A DNA stretch of 64,000 bases from an uncultured Gemmatimonadales bacterium (GCA_963748815.1 CAVVKJ010000005.1:64001-128000); one strand, 5' to 3'; counted from the first letter of the stretch, positions 10,088 through 21,317 are shown. Notes: generated by a model from the letters alone, not told the origin. Translations and numbers: made by a program.

Positions 10088-12154
10088 ATGACCCGCTCCG
10101 CGACTTCCCTCGTGCCGCCCGGCACCGCCCGCCGGGCGCTCCGCGAGTCCTTCACGAAGCTCCATCCTCGCCACCAGCTCCGGAACCCGGTGATGTTCGT
10201 CGTCCTGGTCGGCAGCGTGTTTACGCTGGTCCTCGCCGGGGCCTCCTTCCGCGGCATCGGGGAGGAGAGCCCGTGGTTCATCCTCGGTGTCAGCGCCTGG
10301 CTCTGGCTCACGGTCCTGTTCGCCAACTTCGCCGAGGCGCTCGCCGAGGGGCGGGGGAAGGCCCAGGCCGACGCCCTGCGGCGGACCCGGACTGCCCTGC
10401 AGGCCAGGCGCCTCGCCGATCCGTCCAATCACCTCGACTTCGAGATGACGCCCGCCGCCGACCTCCGAAAGGACGATGTCGTCTTCGTGCCGGCTGGTGA
10501 ATACATCCCGGCGGACGGCGAGATCGTCGAGGGGGTGGCCTCGGTGGACGAGAGCGCCGTGACCGGCGAGAGCGCCCCCGTGATCCGCGAGAGCGGCGGG
10601 GATCGGAGCGCCGTGACCGGCGGCACGCGCGTGCTGTCCGACTGGCTGGTGGTACGCGTGACCGTCAACCCCGGCGAGTCGTTCCTCGACCGGATGATCG
10701 GTCTCATCGAGGCCGCGCATCGGCGGAAGACCCCCAACGAGATCGCGCTCGAGATCCTGCTGGCCGGGCTCACGCTGATCTTCCTGCTCACCGTGGCCAC
10801 ACTGCTCCCGTTCTCCATCTACAGCGTCGGCGCGGCGGGCCGGGGCTCCCCGATCACCCTTACCGTCCTGGTAGCGCTCCTCGTGTGCCTGATTCCCACG
10901 ACGATCGGCGGGCTGCTCTCGGCCATTGGCATTGCCGGCATGGACCGGATGATCCGGAAGAACGTGATCGCCATGTCGGGCCGAGCGGTGGAGGCCGCGG
11001 GTGACGTCGACGTGCTGCTCCTCGACAAGACCGGGACCATTACGCTGGGCAACCGCCAGGCGGTGGCGTTCATGCCGGCGGAGGGGGTGAGCGAGCATGC
11101 GCTGGCGGATGCGGCGCAACTGGCCTCACTGGCCGACGAAACCCCCGAGGGACGGAGTATCGTGGTGCTCGCCAAGTCGAAATTCGGCATCCGGGAGCGC
11201 GACGTGCACGCCCTGGGCGCCCATTTCGTCCCGTTTTCCGCCGAGACCCGCATGAGCGGCGTGGACCTCGAGGGCCGCCGGATCCGGAAGGGAGCCGCGG
11301 AGACGATCGTGAGCTGGGTGCGCCAGATGGGCGGTCAGGTGCCGGCCAACGTGGACACGGCGGTCACCTCCATCGCCCGGACCGGCGGCACGCCGCTCGT
11401 CGTGGCGGAGGGAGACCGGGTGCTCGGCGTCATTCAGCTCAAGGACGTGGTGAAGGGCGGGATCAAGGAGCGCTTCGGCGAACTCCGCTCGATGGGGATC
11501 AAGACCGTTATGATCACCGGCGACAATCCGCTGACGGCCGCGGCCATCGCGGCGGAAGCCGGGGTGGACGACTACCTGGCACAGGCCACGCCGGAGCAGA
11601 AGCTGGCGCTGATCCGGCAGTACCAGGCCGAGGGCCGGCTGGTGGCGATGACCGGCGACGGGACCAACGACGCCCCGGCGCTGGCGCAGGCCGACGTGGC
11701 GGTGGCTATGAACTCGGGCACCCAGGCGGCCAAGGAAGCCGGCAACATGGTGGACCTCGACAGCAACCCGACGAAGCTGATCGAGGTGGTCGAGACCGGC
11801 AAGCAGATGCTGATGACCCGCGGCGCGCTGACCACCTTCAGCACGGCGAACGACGTGGCGAAGTACTTCGCCATCATCCCGGCCGCGTTCGTCAGCACCT
11901 ATCCCGCGCTCGGTGCGCTCAACATCATGCGCCTCGCCACGCCGCAGAGCGCGGTGCTGTCGGCGGTCATGTTCAACGCGCTCATCATCGTGTTCCTGAT
12001 TCCGCTGGCGCTCAAGGGCGTGGCCTACCGGCCACTGGGCGCCGCGTCGCTCCTTCGACGAAACCTGCTGGTTTACGGCCTGGGCGGCATCCTGGCGCCG
12101 TTCGTCGGGATCAAGCTGATCGATCTTCTGCTCGTCGCCCTGCACTTGGCGTGA
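10088..12154 (+). CDS. kdpB: K+-transporting ATPase subunit B
   Basis: [20 protein letters not shown] and GDGTND motifs. Confidence 0.97.
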   Translation: MTRSATSLVPPGTARRALRESFTKLHPRHQLRNPVMFVVLVGSVFTLVLAGASFRGIGEESPWFILGVSAWLWLTVLFANFAEALAEGRGKAQADALRRTRTALQARRLADPSNHLDFEMTPAADLRKDDVVFVPAGEYIPADGEIVEGVASVDESAVTGESAPVIRESGGDRSAVTGGTRVLSDWLVVRVTVNPGESFLDRMIGLIEAAHRRKTPNEIALEILLAGLTLIFLLTVATLLPFSIYSVGAAGRGSPITLTVLVALLVCLIPTTIGGLLSAIGIAGMDRMIRKNVIAMSGRAVEAAGDVDVLLLDKTGTITLGNRQAVAFMPAEGVSEHALADAAQLASLADETPEGRSIVVLAKSKFGIRERDVHALGAHFVPFSAETRMSGVDLEGRRIRKGAAETIVSWVRQMGGQVPANVDTAVTSIARTGGTPLVVAEGDRVLGVIQLKDVVKGGIKERFGELRSMGIKTVMITGDNPLTAAAIAAEAGVDDYLAQATPEQKLALIRQYQAEGRLVAMTGDGTNDAPALAQADVAVAMNSGTQAAKEAGNMVDLDSNPTKLIEVVETGKQMLMTRGALTTFSTANDVAKYFAIIPAAFVSTYPALGALNIMRLATPQSAVLSAVMFNALIIVFLIPLALKGVAYRPLGAASLLRRNLLVYGLGGILAPFVGIKLIDLLLVALHLA

Positions 12155-12163
12155 GGACCTGAC

Positions 12164-12739
12164 ATGCGTTCCCTGATGCGCCCCGCGCTCATGTTCGTCG
12201 CCCTGATGACTCTGCTCACGGGCGCGCTGTACCCGGCCGCGATCACCGGCCTGGCGCAACTGCTCTTTCCTTCCCAGGCCAACGGGAGCCTGATCGTGGT
12301 GGACGGCACGGCGCGCGGTTCGCGCCTCGTGGGCCAGCCCTTCAGCGCGCCAGGATATCTCTGGTCGCGTCCCTCGGCCACCGGCCCGACGCCCTACAAC
12401 GGGGCCGCCTCGAGCGGCTCCAACCAGGGTCCCAGCAACCTGGCACTGCACGACGCGGTGGCGGCCCGCATCACCGCGCTCCGCGCCGCCGACAGCACGC
12501 TGACCGGGCCGGTGCCGGTGGACCTGGTGACCGCGTCGGGGAGCGGGCTGGACCCGCACCTGTCGGTGGCCGCGGCGACGGTGCAGGTGCCGCGGATCGC
12601 CCGGGCCCGGGGGATGACCCCAGATGCGGTGCAGGCGGTCATCGCCGCCAATACCGAGCAGCGGTTCCTCGGGGTGTTCGGTGAACCGCGCGTCAACGTC
12701 CTCCTGGTCAATCTGGCCCTCGATCGAGGGACCCCATGA
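12164..12739 (+). CDS. kdpC: K+-transporting ATPase subunit C
   Basis: QANGSLI, SRPSA, VTASGSGLDPH and EPRVNVLLVNLALD motifs. Confidence 0.95.
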   Translation: MRSLMRPALMFVALMTLLTGALYPAAITGLAQLLFPSQANGSLIVVDGTARGSRLVGQPFSAPGYLWSRPSATGPTPYNGAASSGSNQGPSNLALHDAVAARITALRAADSTLTGPVPVDLVTASGSGLDPHLSVAAATVQVPRIARARGMTPDAVQAVIAANTEQRFLGVFGEPRVNVLLVNLALDRGTP

Positions 12740-13806
12740 TCTCGCTCGCGCTGGCGGCCCTCGTGCTGACCTCGCAGGATACGACACCGAAGTCGGCTGT
12801 GGCCTTCGGGGCGTTCATCGACACCTACTTCGCCTGGGACTTCGGCCAGCCGGACGCCTTCGACCGGCCCTTCACCACCCAGCCGGCGCGGCACGACGAG
12901 TTCAATGTGAACCTGGCCTTTCTCGAGGCGAAACTGGCCGGTGAAAAGGTCCGCGGGCGCGTGGCGCTGCAGGCCGGCACGTCGGTGCAGGCCAACTACG
13001 CCGGCGAACCCAACGTCGGGAGCGTCAGCGGGGACGACCTCGCGCGCATCATCCAGGAGGCCTGGGTGGGCGTGCGGGTGTCGCCGAAGCTCTGGGTGGA
13101 CGGCGGCATCTACTTCTCGCCCATCGGGTGGGAGAGTTTCATTTCCTGGGACAACCCGACCTACACCCGCTCCCTGCTGGCGGAGTACACGCCCTATTTC
13201 GTGACCGGCGCCAAGGTGACGTGGGCCGCCTCGTCCAAGGTGACGGCGCAGTTCCACGTGGTGAACGGCTGGCAAATCGTGTCGGAAAACAACCCCGACA
13301 AATCGTTCATCGCCCGGGTGGACTGGCAGGCCACGCCGGCGCTGGCCCTGGCGTACGCGTTCTACGCGGGCAACGAGCAGCTCGACACGCTGCCGGCCCG
13401 TACCCGGTACTACAACCAGCTGCTGGCCAAGGTGGCGGCCGGGCACGGCTGGGATTTCTGGGGGACGTTCGACGTCGGGGCGCAGACGGTTCCCGATGCG
13501 TCCACCCAGACCTGGTACGGCGCGGTGCTCATCGGCCGGAAGGCGCTCTCGAAGAAGGTGGCCGTGGTCGGCCGGGTGGAGGGGCACTCCGACCGGGATC
13601 AGGTGTTAATCTTCACCGGCACCCCGGACGGCTTCCGGACGATCGGCGGTTCGATCGGTGTCGACGTGCAACCCGAGGAGTACGTGAAGTGGCGGACGGA
13701 ATTGCGCGGGTTTTCCTCGTCGGACCCGGTCTGGCCGGATCAGGGCGCCCCTGCCGGATCGGAGACGGGTGGGTTCATCGTCACCTCGCTCTCGCTTCGG
13801 TTCTGA
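12736..13806 (+). CDS. Outer-membrane beta-barrel porin within the kdp operon
   Basis: Signal peptide, amphipathic aromatic beta-strands, C-terminal Phe; ATGA overlap with kdpC. Confidence 0.75.
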   Translation: MISLALAALVLTSQDTTPKSAVAFGAFIDTYFAWDFGQPDAFDRPFTTQPARHDEFNVNLAFLEAKLAGEKVRGRVALQAGTSVQANYAGEPNVGSVSGDDLARIIQEAWVGVRVSPKLWVDGGIYFSPIGWESFISWDNPTYTRSLLAEYTPYFVTGAKVTWAASSKVTAQFHVVNGWQIVSENNPDKSFIARVDWQATPALALAYAFYAGNEQLDTLPARTRYYNQLLAKVAAGHGWDFWGTFDVGAQTVPDASTQTWYGAVLIGRKALSKKVAVVGRVEGHSDRDQVLIFTGTPDGFRTIGGSIGVDVQPEEYVKWRTELRGFSSSDPVWPDQGAPAGSETGGFIVTSLSLRF

Positions 13807-13834
13807 TGTTCTTCAACTCCTGCGGCGGCGACGC

Positions 13835-16537
13835 ATGACGGGAACGCGCCCCGATCCCGACGCGCTGCTGGCCCGTGTTCAGCAGGAAGAGAGCCGCTCC
13901 CGACGGGGGCGGCTCAAGGTGTTTGTGGGCGCCTCGCCCGGGGTGGGGAAGACCTTCAGCATGCTGGAGGCGGCGCGCGCCGCACGGCTCGGCGGGCAGA
14001 ATGTCCTCGTCGGCGTGGTGGAGACCCACGGTCGGCGCGAGACCGCCGCGCTGGTGGAAGGGCTCGACGTGCTGCCGCGGAAAGTGTTCACCCACCGGGG
14101 TACCAACCTCGAAGAGTTCGATCTCGACACCGCGCTCGCCCGCCGGCCCGATCTGATCCTGATGGATGAGATGGCGCACTCCAACGCGCCGGGCGCGCGG
14201 CATGCGAAGCGCTACCAGGACATCGACGAGCTGCTGCGCGCCGGCATCCACGTCTTCACGACGCTCAACGTCCAGCACCTCGAGAGCCTCAACGACGTCG
14301 TGGCTCAGATCACCGGCGTGACCGTGCGCGAGACCGTGCCGGATGCCGTCTTGGACGAGGCTGACGAGATCGAACTGGTGGACGTGACGCCGGAGGTGCT
14401 GGAACAGCGGCTCCGCGAGGGCAAGGTGTACCTCCCGGAGCAGGCCCAACGGGCACTCGATCGCTTCTTCCGGCGCGGCAACCTGATCGCGCTCCGCGAG
14501 CTGGCGCTCCGCCGCACGGCGGAACGGGTGGACGAGCAGATGCGCGGCTATCGCGCCTCGGCCGGGATCGCGGAACCGTGGGCGGCGGCCGAGCGATTAC
14601 TGGTGTGCGTGTCCCCGTCCGAACGAAGCCTCCGCCTGGTACGGAGCGCTCGGCGCCTGGCCGGGCTGCTTCGGGCGCCCTGGACGGCGCTCTATGTCGA
14701 GCTGCCCCGCCACGCGACCATGCCGGCCCGAAGCCGCGAAGCGGCGCAGGAGGCGCTGCGCCTGGCGGAGGAATTGGGTGGCACCGCCGTGGCAGTACCG
14801 GGCCACGATGCCGCGGAGGAGGTCCTCGCCTACGCCCGCAGCCACAATGCGACGCGCATCATGGTCGGTCGCTCGAGGCGAGGTTGGTTGGGTCGGTGGT
14901 TCCCGATGTCCGTGGCGGGCCGTCTGGTGCGCGGTGCGGAGGGGATGCACGTCTGGGTCGGCGCCGACGACGACCAGGGCACCGAGGAGGAACGCCGGCC
15001 AACGGGCGCGCTCACCATCGCCCCGGTGCGAGACTACCTTGGCGCGACGGTGATCGTCGCGTTGATGACCGCCCTGGCCCTGCCGTTCCATGGCACGCTG
15101 GCCGAGATCGACGCCGCCATGCTCTACCTGCTCGCGGTCGTCATCACCGCCGCGCGTTATGGGCGAGGCCCCTCGGTGCTGGCCGGCCTCCTCTCGGTGG
15201 CCGTGTTCGACATCTCGTTCGTTCAGCCCTACGGGACCTTCGCCGTGACCGACGTGCGATACCTGCTCACTTTCGTGATGATGCTGGTCGTGGCGCTGGT
15301 CATGGGTGGCTTGACGAACCGCGTGCGCGAGCAGGCCAGCGTGGCACGGCTCCGCGAGCGTCGGGCATCCACGCTCTACGCGGTCAGCCGGGACCTAGCC
15401 GGCGCGCGGACCCGGCCCGAGCTCGCCCGGGTGACGCTGCGCCACCTGCAGGATCTCTTCGGTGGCTCGGTCATGCTCATCCTGCCGGACGTGGAAGGAG
15501 GTCTCGGTGTGGTGGCCGAGATGCCGCCGCAGGACGGGGACCGGCGGGACCTCGGTGTGGCGAAATGGGTGTTCGAGCATGGGGAGTGGGCGGGGCGGAG
15601 CACCCAGACGCTCCCGGCGGCCGATGCGGTCTATGTGCCACTGGCGACGCCCGACCGGGTGCTGGGCGTCGTGGGGATGCGCCCGGAGCCCCCCGATCGA
15701 CTCGCTGATCCCTCGCAGCGCCACCTGCTCGAATCCCTGCTGGGCCAGGCCGCCGTGGCGCTCGAACGCACGAAGCTGGCGGAGGAGAAGCGGGTGGTGC
15801 ATCTCGAGTTCGAGGCGGAGCAGCTGCGCACCTCGCTGCTCAGCTCGCTCTCGCACGACCTGCGCACCCCGCTGGCTGGCATCGAGGGCGCGGCGAGCAG
15901 CCTCGCCGCGGACGACGGTCGGCTCACGGGCCCGACGCGACGCGAACTCGCGCAGACTATTGTGGACGAGTCGCGACGGATGACCCGGCTGGTGGCGAAC
16001 CTGCTGGACATGGTACGGGTCGAGAGCGGGGCGCTGGCGGTGCACCGGGGCTGGCATGTGCTCGAGGAGGTGGTGGGCGTGGCGCTGCTCCGCGCCGGGG
16101 AACGGCTCGCCGGGCGCCCGGTCACCACCGATCTTCCTGCCACGCTCCCGCTGGTCCCCATCGACGACGTCCTGATTGAGCAGGTGCTGATCAATCTCCT
16201 GGAGAACGCCGCCAAGTACACGCCGGCCGGCAGTCCCATCGAGATCAGCGCCAGCGCGCGGCGCAGCGAAGTGCTCGTGACGGTGGCCGACCGCGGCCCG
16301 GGCGTCCCGACCGAGGAATCCGAGAAGATCTTCGAGAAATTCCACCGGGCGGCGCGGGGGGCGGGCGGTGTGGGCCTCGGCCTCGCCATCTGCCGAGGCA
16401 TCATCAAGGCGCACGGCGGCCGGCTCTGGGTGGACGCCCGGGAGGGCGGCGGCGCGGCATTCCGCTTTACGCTCCCGATCATCGGGACCCCACCCGACTT
16501 CGAGCGGGAGCACGGGGAACTCGAGGCGGCGGGATGA
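13835..16537 (+). CDS. kdpD: Sensor histidine kinase KdpD
   Basis: RPDPDALL, GASPGVGKT, Usp-like domain, 4 TM, GAF, SHDLRTPL H-box and HATPase boxes. Confidence 0.95.
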   Translation: MTGTRPDPDALLARVQQEESRSRRGRLKVFVGASPGVGKTFSMLEAARAARLGGQNVLVGVVETHGRRETAALVEGLDVLPRKVFTHRGTNLEEFDLDTALARRPDLILMDEMAHSNAPGARHAKRYQDIDELLRAGIHVFTTLNVQHLESLNDVVAQITGVTVRETVPDAVLDEADEIELVDVTPEVLEQRLREGKVYLPEQAQRALDRFFRRGNLIALRELALRRTAERVDEQMRGYRASAGIAEPWAAAERLLVCVSPSERSLRLVRSARRLAGLLRAPWTALYVELPRHATMPARSREAAQEALRLAEELGGTAVAVPGHDAAEEVLAYARSHNATRIMVGRSRRGWLGRWFPMSVAGRLVRGAEGMHVWVGADDDQGTEEERRPTGALTIAPVRDYLGATVIVALMTALALPFHGTLAEIDAAMLYLLAVVITAARYGRGPSVLAGLLSVAVFDISFVQPYGTFAVTDVRYLLTFVMMLVVALVMGGLTNRVREQASVARLRERRASTLYAVSRDLAGARTRPELARVTLRHLQDLFGGSVMLILPDVEGGLGVVAEMPPQDGDRRDLGVAKWVFEHGEWAGRSTQTLPAADAVYVPLATPDRVLGVVGMRPEPPDRLADPSQRHLLESLLGQAAVALERTKLAEEKRVVHLEFEAEQLRTSLLSSLSHDLRTPLAGIEGAASSLAADDGRLTGPTRRELAQTIVDESRRMTRLVANLLDMVRVESGALAVHRGWHVLEEVVGVALLRAGERLAGRPVTTDLPATLPLVPIDDVLIEQVLINLLENAAKYTPAGSPIEISASARRSEVLVTVADRGPGVPTEESEKIFEKFHRAARGAGGVGLGLAICRGIIKAHGGRLWVDAREGGGAAFRFTLPIIGTPPDFEREHGELEAAG

Positions 16538-17235
16538 GCCAGAACGGCCCGGTGGTGCTGCTGATCGAGGACGAGGTGCCGATGCGGCGGTTCCTCCGCG
16601 TGGCGCTCGCCTCGGAGTCGTACCGGCTGGTCGAAGCCGGCACGGCTCGTGACGGGTTGGCGGAAGCCGCCAGCCGGAATCCCGATCTGATCCTGCTCGA
16701 CCTCGGCCTGCCCGACGCAGACGGCATCGACGTGACCCGCCGGCTCCGGGAGTGGTCAACCCGGCCGATCATCGTGCTCTCGGCCCGCGGGCAGGAGCGC
16801 GACAAGATCGATGCCCTCGACGCCGGAGCCGACGACTATCTCACCAAGCCGTTCAGCGTACCGGAATTGCTCGCGCGCATGCGTGTCGCCCTGCGGCATG
16901 CCGCCCGCGGCCCCTCCAGTGCGGAGGAGCCGGTGTTCACGGCAGGCCAGCTCTCGATCGATCGGGCCCGGCGCATCGTGACGGTCCGCGGCCAGGCGGT
17001 GCACCTCACGCCGACCGAGTACCGGCTCCTGCTCGCGCTGGCGAAGCATGCGGGTCGGGTGCTCACGCATCGACATCTCCTGCGCGAAGTCTGGGGCCCG
17101 GGCCGCATCGGGCAGGATCACTATCTGCGGGTGTACATGGCACAATTGCGCGCCAAGATCGAGCGCGACCCGGCGAGGCCCGAATACCTGCGGACGGAGC
17201 CGGGCGTGGGGTATCGGATGATGGAGGGCGACTAG
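16534..17235 (+). CDS. kdpE: Response regulator KdpE
   Basis: Receiver domain (LLDLGLPD, DYLTKPF) plus OmpR winged helix (YLRVYMAQLR, TEPGVGYR). Confidence 0.95.
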   Translation: MSQNGPVVLLIEDEVPMRRFLRVALASESYRLVEAGTARDGLAEAASRNPDLILLDLGLPDADGIDVTRRLREWSTRPIIVLSARGQERDKIDALDAGADDYLTKPFSVPELLARMRVALRHAARGPSSAEEPVFTAGQLSIDRARRIVTVRGQAVHLTPTEYRLLLALAKHAGRVLTHRHLLREVWGPGRIGQDHYLRVYMAQLRAKIERDPARPEYLRTEPGVGYRMMEGD

Positions 17236-17269
17236 GGCGGGGCAGCGGGGCAGGGAGGCAGCAAATGAA

Positions 17270-17293
17270 ACGGGCGCACCAAGGTGCGCCCGT
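17270..17293. terminator. Hairpin between convergent genes (probable bidirectional terminator)
   Basis: Perfect inverted repeat ACGGGCGCACC-AA-GGTGCGCCCGT flanked by complementary G-rich/C-rich octamer arrays. Confidence 0.6.
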
Positions 17294-17334
17294 CTGCATT
17301 CCTGCCCCACGGCCCCGCCGCCTCCCGGCCCCGC

Positions 17335-18604
17335 CTAGTTGGGGGCGTGCACCCCCGGCCCGCCGTAGTCCCGATCCCCACCGAGCGTCGGCCCGCGGAA
17401 CTCGAAGGAGTTCGCATTGTCCATCCTGGCCACGACCTGGCGCACCGCGCCGGGGAATGCGGTGGTCCGCCCGTTCCGCCCGAACGGATCGGTATACCAT
17501 ACCTCGGGGCCGTCCGCGTTCCGGATGCGGTTGCCGTTGATGTCCACCTGCCGCCGTACGCCGTTGAAGGGGGAGCGGGGGTCGTCGTAGGCCAGGGACG
17601 TCAACGTGCCGTTGGCTGTCGCCTGGTCGCAGAGCCACCCCTTGGCGCGATCACCGTTGGTCTCGGTCGCGAAGCACATGTCCACCGTGCGCCCGGTGAT
17701 GCCCGGGCAGCGTCGGGTCGTAGAACCGGCTCGGATAGAACACCTGATAGTAGGGGTCGATGCTTGCCAGGGTCTGCCCCGAGACGGTGCGGAGGCTCGC
17801 GCTGATCTGCCAGCTCTCGTGGAGTGCGGAGCCGAAACTGGAGGACTGGCCCGGCGGCACCAGCATGTGACGCTCGATGCACGCCCGGTCAGGGACGGTC
17901 CGCTTTCCGCCGCCACTCGGGCTGTTGAGCGGCGTCGGCGCGCCGACCGGCACGTGCACCTCGTGGTCACACGACTCGACCATCTCTCCCGGCACGCCGA
18001 TGGCGGCCATGACGGTCATGCCGATCCGGGTGCCGCCGGTGCAATCCACCTGGTAGACCAGCTCGTGCAGGTTGTTGGTGAACGCATCCTTGGAGTGCGT
18101 CCCCTGGTGCAGCTTGGTGAGGACATCGCACTTGATCTCCAGGACGGAGCTGGCCACGCCGTCGCCGAGGTCGAAGGGGACGTCGTTCTCCCACTCGATC
18201 TTGTGGCCGACGTGATCCTCGTTGCGGACGCCGGTGGGGTCCCAGATGGCCAGCTGCTCGTTGGCGTAGCCAAAGGGGATCGGCCCGACGCGCCGGTAGA
18301 GGTCGGACCCGCGCGGGTCGCGCCCGTGCTCGTGCCCGAAGTGGCATCCGGTGGCAGGATCCACTGGGGGGTGCCAGGTCGGGTAGAGCTTCCCGTCGGG
18401 ACCCACCGTCGAGTACTGGTTGTGAATCTCGGCGGTACAGTCGTCGTTCGGGCCGGGTTGCCAGAGATTGTAGGCCACGCTCACGCCGGTGGCGACCGGG
18501 GTGGACGGCGCACCGGCGTCCTCGGCACAGCCCGCCAGGGCCGTCACCGAGAGGAGCGCGGCCGCGAGGGTTCCAACGGGGAAGGGCAGGGTGGGGTGTC
18601 GCAT
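17335..18604 (-). CDS. His/Cys-rich lipoprotein of unknown function, split by a +1 frameshift near 17704
   Basis: Lipobox LAGC, GGAGG RBS; frames join as ...RFYDPTLPG/ITGRTVDMCF... after removing one base. Confidence 0.7.
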
Positions 18605-18615
18605 GACTCCTCCGC

Positions 18616-19206
18616 TCAATGAATCACCAGCGCCAGGCCAAACTGGAATGAGGAGACGCTGGCGTCTCCCGCGATGATCGATGTGGTGACGGTGTTGTCT
18701 TCGGTGTGCTCGAACTGGAGGTCACCAGACAGGGTGTACTGGTAGTTGAAGTACGGGTTGAGGGAGTAGTTCTTCCCGACCCGCCACTCATATCCCAGGC
18801 CGATGATACCGCCCGGCTGGGTCGTGGAGATGACATCCACCGAGTCGCTCGCGCTGTACCCGGTGATGCCGAACCCGCCCTTCACATAGGCGCCGCGTGC
18901 AGGCCAGGGATACCAGAGCGCGATGGCGTTGGCGCTCCAGGAGCGGCGGGTTGCGACGTCCTGCGAGTTGGTCCATCCCGCGAGTTCGGCGCCGAGGAGC
19001 CAGGATTTTGACAGCACCCCGCCGGCGCGGATCGCCGCGGAGAGGTCGGTCCCGCTCTGGTCGTTGCAGATTTCGCAGTGGAGCTGGCTCGAGCCCGCGC
19101 CGAACCCGAACCCGTACCAGAAACCTTGGCGGGTGTTGGGATGCTGGGCGGTGACGGGCGTCACGAAGACCGCCAGCGCCACGGCGGTGAGCAGCAATCG
19201 GTTCAT
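18616..19206 (-). CDS. Small outer-membrane beta-barrel protein
   Basis: Signal peptide; Gly/aromatic amphipathic strands (GFWYGFGFGAG, GAYVKGGFG, IGLGYEWRV). Confidence 0.7.
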   Translation of the reverse strand: MNRLLLTAVALAVFVTPVTAQHPNTRQGFWYGFGFGAGSSQLHCEICNDQSGTDLSAAIRAGGVLSKSWLLGAELAGWTNSQDVATRRSWSANAIALWYPWPARGAYVKGGFGITGYSASDSVDVISTTQPGGIIGLGYEWRVGKNYSLNPYFNYQYTLSGDLQFEHTEDNTVTTSIIAGDASVSSFQFGLALVIH

Positions 19207-19402
19207 GAATGGAATCCTCCTGGGAGCGTGCTACCGTGCAGGTTGGGGGCCAGTGGAGGGCGGGGCCGCGGGGCAGGGGGGCAGGGGGGCAGGGACGGCT
19301 AAGGTGATGTGCGGTGGGGTGTTCCGGGGCCCTATCGATTCGTCAGCCACCATTACCGATCGAGGCGACAGGAATTGCACAGGCGAAGCGCGAAATTGCA
19401 TG

Positions 19403-19435
19403 AAAAAACGCGGGAGGGCCGAGGCCCGCCCGCGT
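19403..19435 (-). terminator. Intrinsic terminator of the metal uptake operon
   Basis: Minus strand ACGCGGGCGGGCCTCGGCCCTCCCGCG followed by TTTTTT. Confidence 0.75.
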
Positions 19436-19467
19436 GTGGGGTCGCACGCAAAGCACGCGCGGATGGC

Positions 19468-20286
19468 CTATGCCGATTTGGGCACGAACCGCCGGAGCAG
19501 GAACGCCAGCAGGAGCATGAGGCCGAAGGCGCAGACGATGACCGGTCCCGTGGGGAGGTCGTACCGGAACGACACCGCGATGCCGGCGGCCGATGCGAGG
19601 ATGCCGGTGAGCCAGGAGATGATGGCCAGGTACTTCTGGTTGGAGCTGAACTGGAACGCCGCCGCCGCCGGCACCACGAGGAACGAGAAGACCAGCAGCA
19701 CGCCGGCGATCGGCACCGACAGCGTGATCACGACGCCGAAGCTCAGGTAAAACCAGAAATCCCACCAGCGGATGCTCCACCCGTTGGCCAGGGCGGTGTC
19801 CGGTTCGAACGAAATGGTCAGGAACCGCTTCCGCAGCACGAAGTGGAAGACGCCAAGCGCAGCGTACACCGCCGCCATCTTGACGATGGCCGGCCAGGTG
19901 ACCCAGAGCAGGCTCCCCACCAGGATGTCCTTGATCGCCTCGCCGCCTCGCGGCACCCGGTCGGCCACGAGAATGGCTGCCGCCGAGGCGACGACGTACA
20001 CGATGCCGATGATCGCTTCCTGCGGGACCCGCCCCTTCTCGTGGGTGCGGGTCAGCGCAAAGAGGGCCGCGCCGAGGGTCGTGAACCCGAGCGCATAGAC
20101 GTAGGACATCGTCGAACCGGGCTCGGAGCCGGCAAAGATGGCCACCGTGGAACCGAGCGCCGCCATCTGGGCGAGCGAGAGGTCCACGAAGATGACCTCG
20201 CGCGCGATGATGTGGAGCCCGAGGTAGGAGTGGATGGCCACGATCACCATGCAGGCCGCCAGCGGCGGCAGGATCAGGTCGAGCAT
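19468..20286 (-). CDS. Metal (Zn/Mn-type) ABC-3 permease
   Basis: GLHIIAREVIFVDLSLAQ, GVLLVFSFLVVPAAAA and DLPTGPVIV motifs. Confidence 0.88.
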   Translation of the reverse strand: MLDLILPPLAACMVIVAIHSYLGLHIIAREVIFVDLSLAQMAALGSTVAIFAGSEPGSTMSYVYALGFTTLGAALFALTRTHEKGRVPQEAIIGIVYVVASAAAILVADRVPRGGEAIKDILVGSLLWVTWPAIVKMAAVYAALGVFHFVLRKRFLTISFEPDTALANGWSIRWWDFWFYLSFGVVITLSVPIAGVLLVFSFLVVPAAAAFQFSSNQKYLAIISWLTGILASAAGIAVSFRYDLPTGPVIVCAFGLMLLLAFLLRRFVPKSA

Positions 20287-20290
20287 CGGC

Positions 20291-21316
20291 TCATCCCTTC
20301 TTTCGGAAAGCGATGGCGAGGCCGTTCACCCAGCTGTCCACCAGCTCGAAGTAACTCGTGACGCCCGGGGCACCGAAAGTGTTCTCGGGGACGACGACCG
20401 CGGTGGCGCCGGTCTTCGCCGCCACCTGGTCGATCTGCGACTTGGGAAAGTAGTTGGAGGCAAACAGTGCCGGAATCTGCCGCTCCTTCATCAGGGCAAT
20501 GACCTCCTCGACGTGCCCCGGCGTCGGCGGAATCCCGGGCTTCGCCTCCACGTAGGCCACGCAGGTCACCTGGAAGCGAACGCTGAAGTACGCCCACTCC
20601 TTGTGGTAGCAGGCCATCTCCTTGCCGCGGAAATCGCTGCCCGCCCTCAGCCAGCCGCCGAGCTGGTCGGCGAGCGGCTTGCCGTGGAGCATCGTCCTGG
20701 CGATGAACCCGTCGAACTGGCCCGACTTGAGGAGGCTGAACGCCGTGGCCGGCGTCAGCACGTCCACCAGCTCCTTGCCGATGGTGGCCTCGAGGACCTT
20801 TCGCTCGAACTCGAGCTCCCGTGCCCGGTAGTAGTCGGCATTGGCCGGATCCACCTTCGTCAGCCCGGCGAGGATGTTCCGCCCGATGATGATCCCGTTC
20901 ACCGGGTCCGTGTGAATGTGCGGATTGCCCTCGGCGTGGATGTCGCCGCCGGCGCGGCTGAGCGAGGTGGGGACCTCCAGCAGCGTGATGCCGGTGTAGG
21001 CCGCGACGTATCCCGGTCCCCCCGACATGATCTTGCGGTTCCCCGCGCGGTCGAGGAGGGTGGGCACCCAGAGCTCGAGGTCGAGGCCGGTGGTCACGAA
21101 GAGATCGGCGTCGCGGAGCAGCGCCACGAAGCTTGGCTTCGGCTGGACGAAGTGCGGATCCTCGTCGCCCTGGGCGATCGAGGCGACCGTGCCGTGGTCG
21201 CCCACGATTTCCCGGGCGATGGATCCATAGGTGGTCAGGCTGGTGACGACCTTCACCTGGGCGGCGGGTGGTGCAGCCCAGAGGGTGGTGAGGAACAACA
21301 GCGCCGTGGAGAGCAT
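20291..21316 (-). CDS. Metal ABC substrate-binding protein (ZnuA/TroA cluster A-I)
   Basis: DPHF, GNPHIHTDP, YH and KPGIPPTPGH motifs. Confidence 0.9.
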   Translation of the reverse strand: MLSTALLFLTTLWAAPPAAQVKVVTSLTTYGSIAREIVGDHGTVASIAQGDEDPHFVQPKPSFVALLRDADLFVTTGLDLELWVPTLLDRAGNRKIMSGGPGYVAAYTGITLLEVPTSLSRAGGDIHAEGNPHIHTDPVNGIIIGRNILAGLTKVDPANADYYRARELEFERKVLEATIGKELVDVLTPATAFSLLKSGQFDGFIARTMLHGKPLADQLGGWLRAGSDFRGKEMACYHKEWAYFSVRFQVTCVAYVEAKPGIPPTPGHVEEVIALMKERQIPALFASNYFPKSQIDQVAAKTGATAVVVPENTFGAPGVTSYFELVDSWVNGLAIAFRKKG

Positions 21317-21317
21317 G

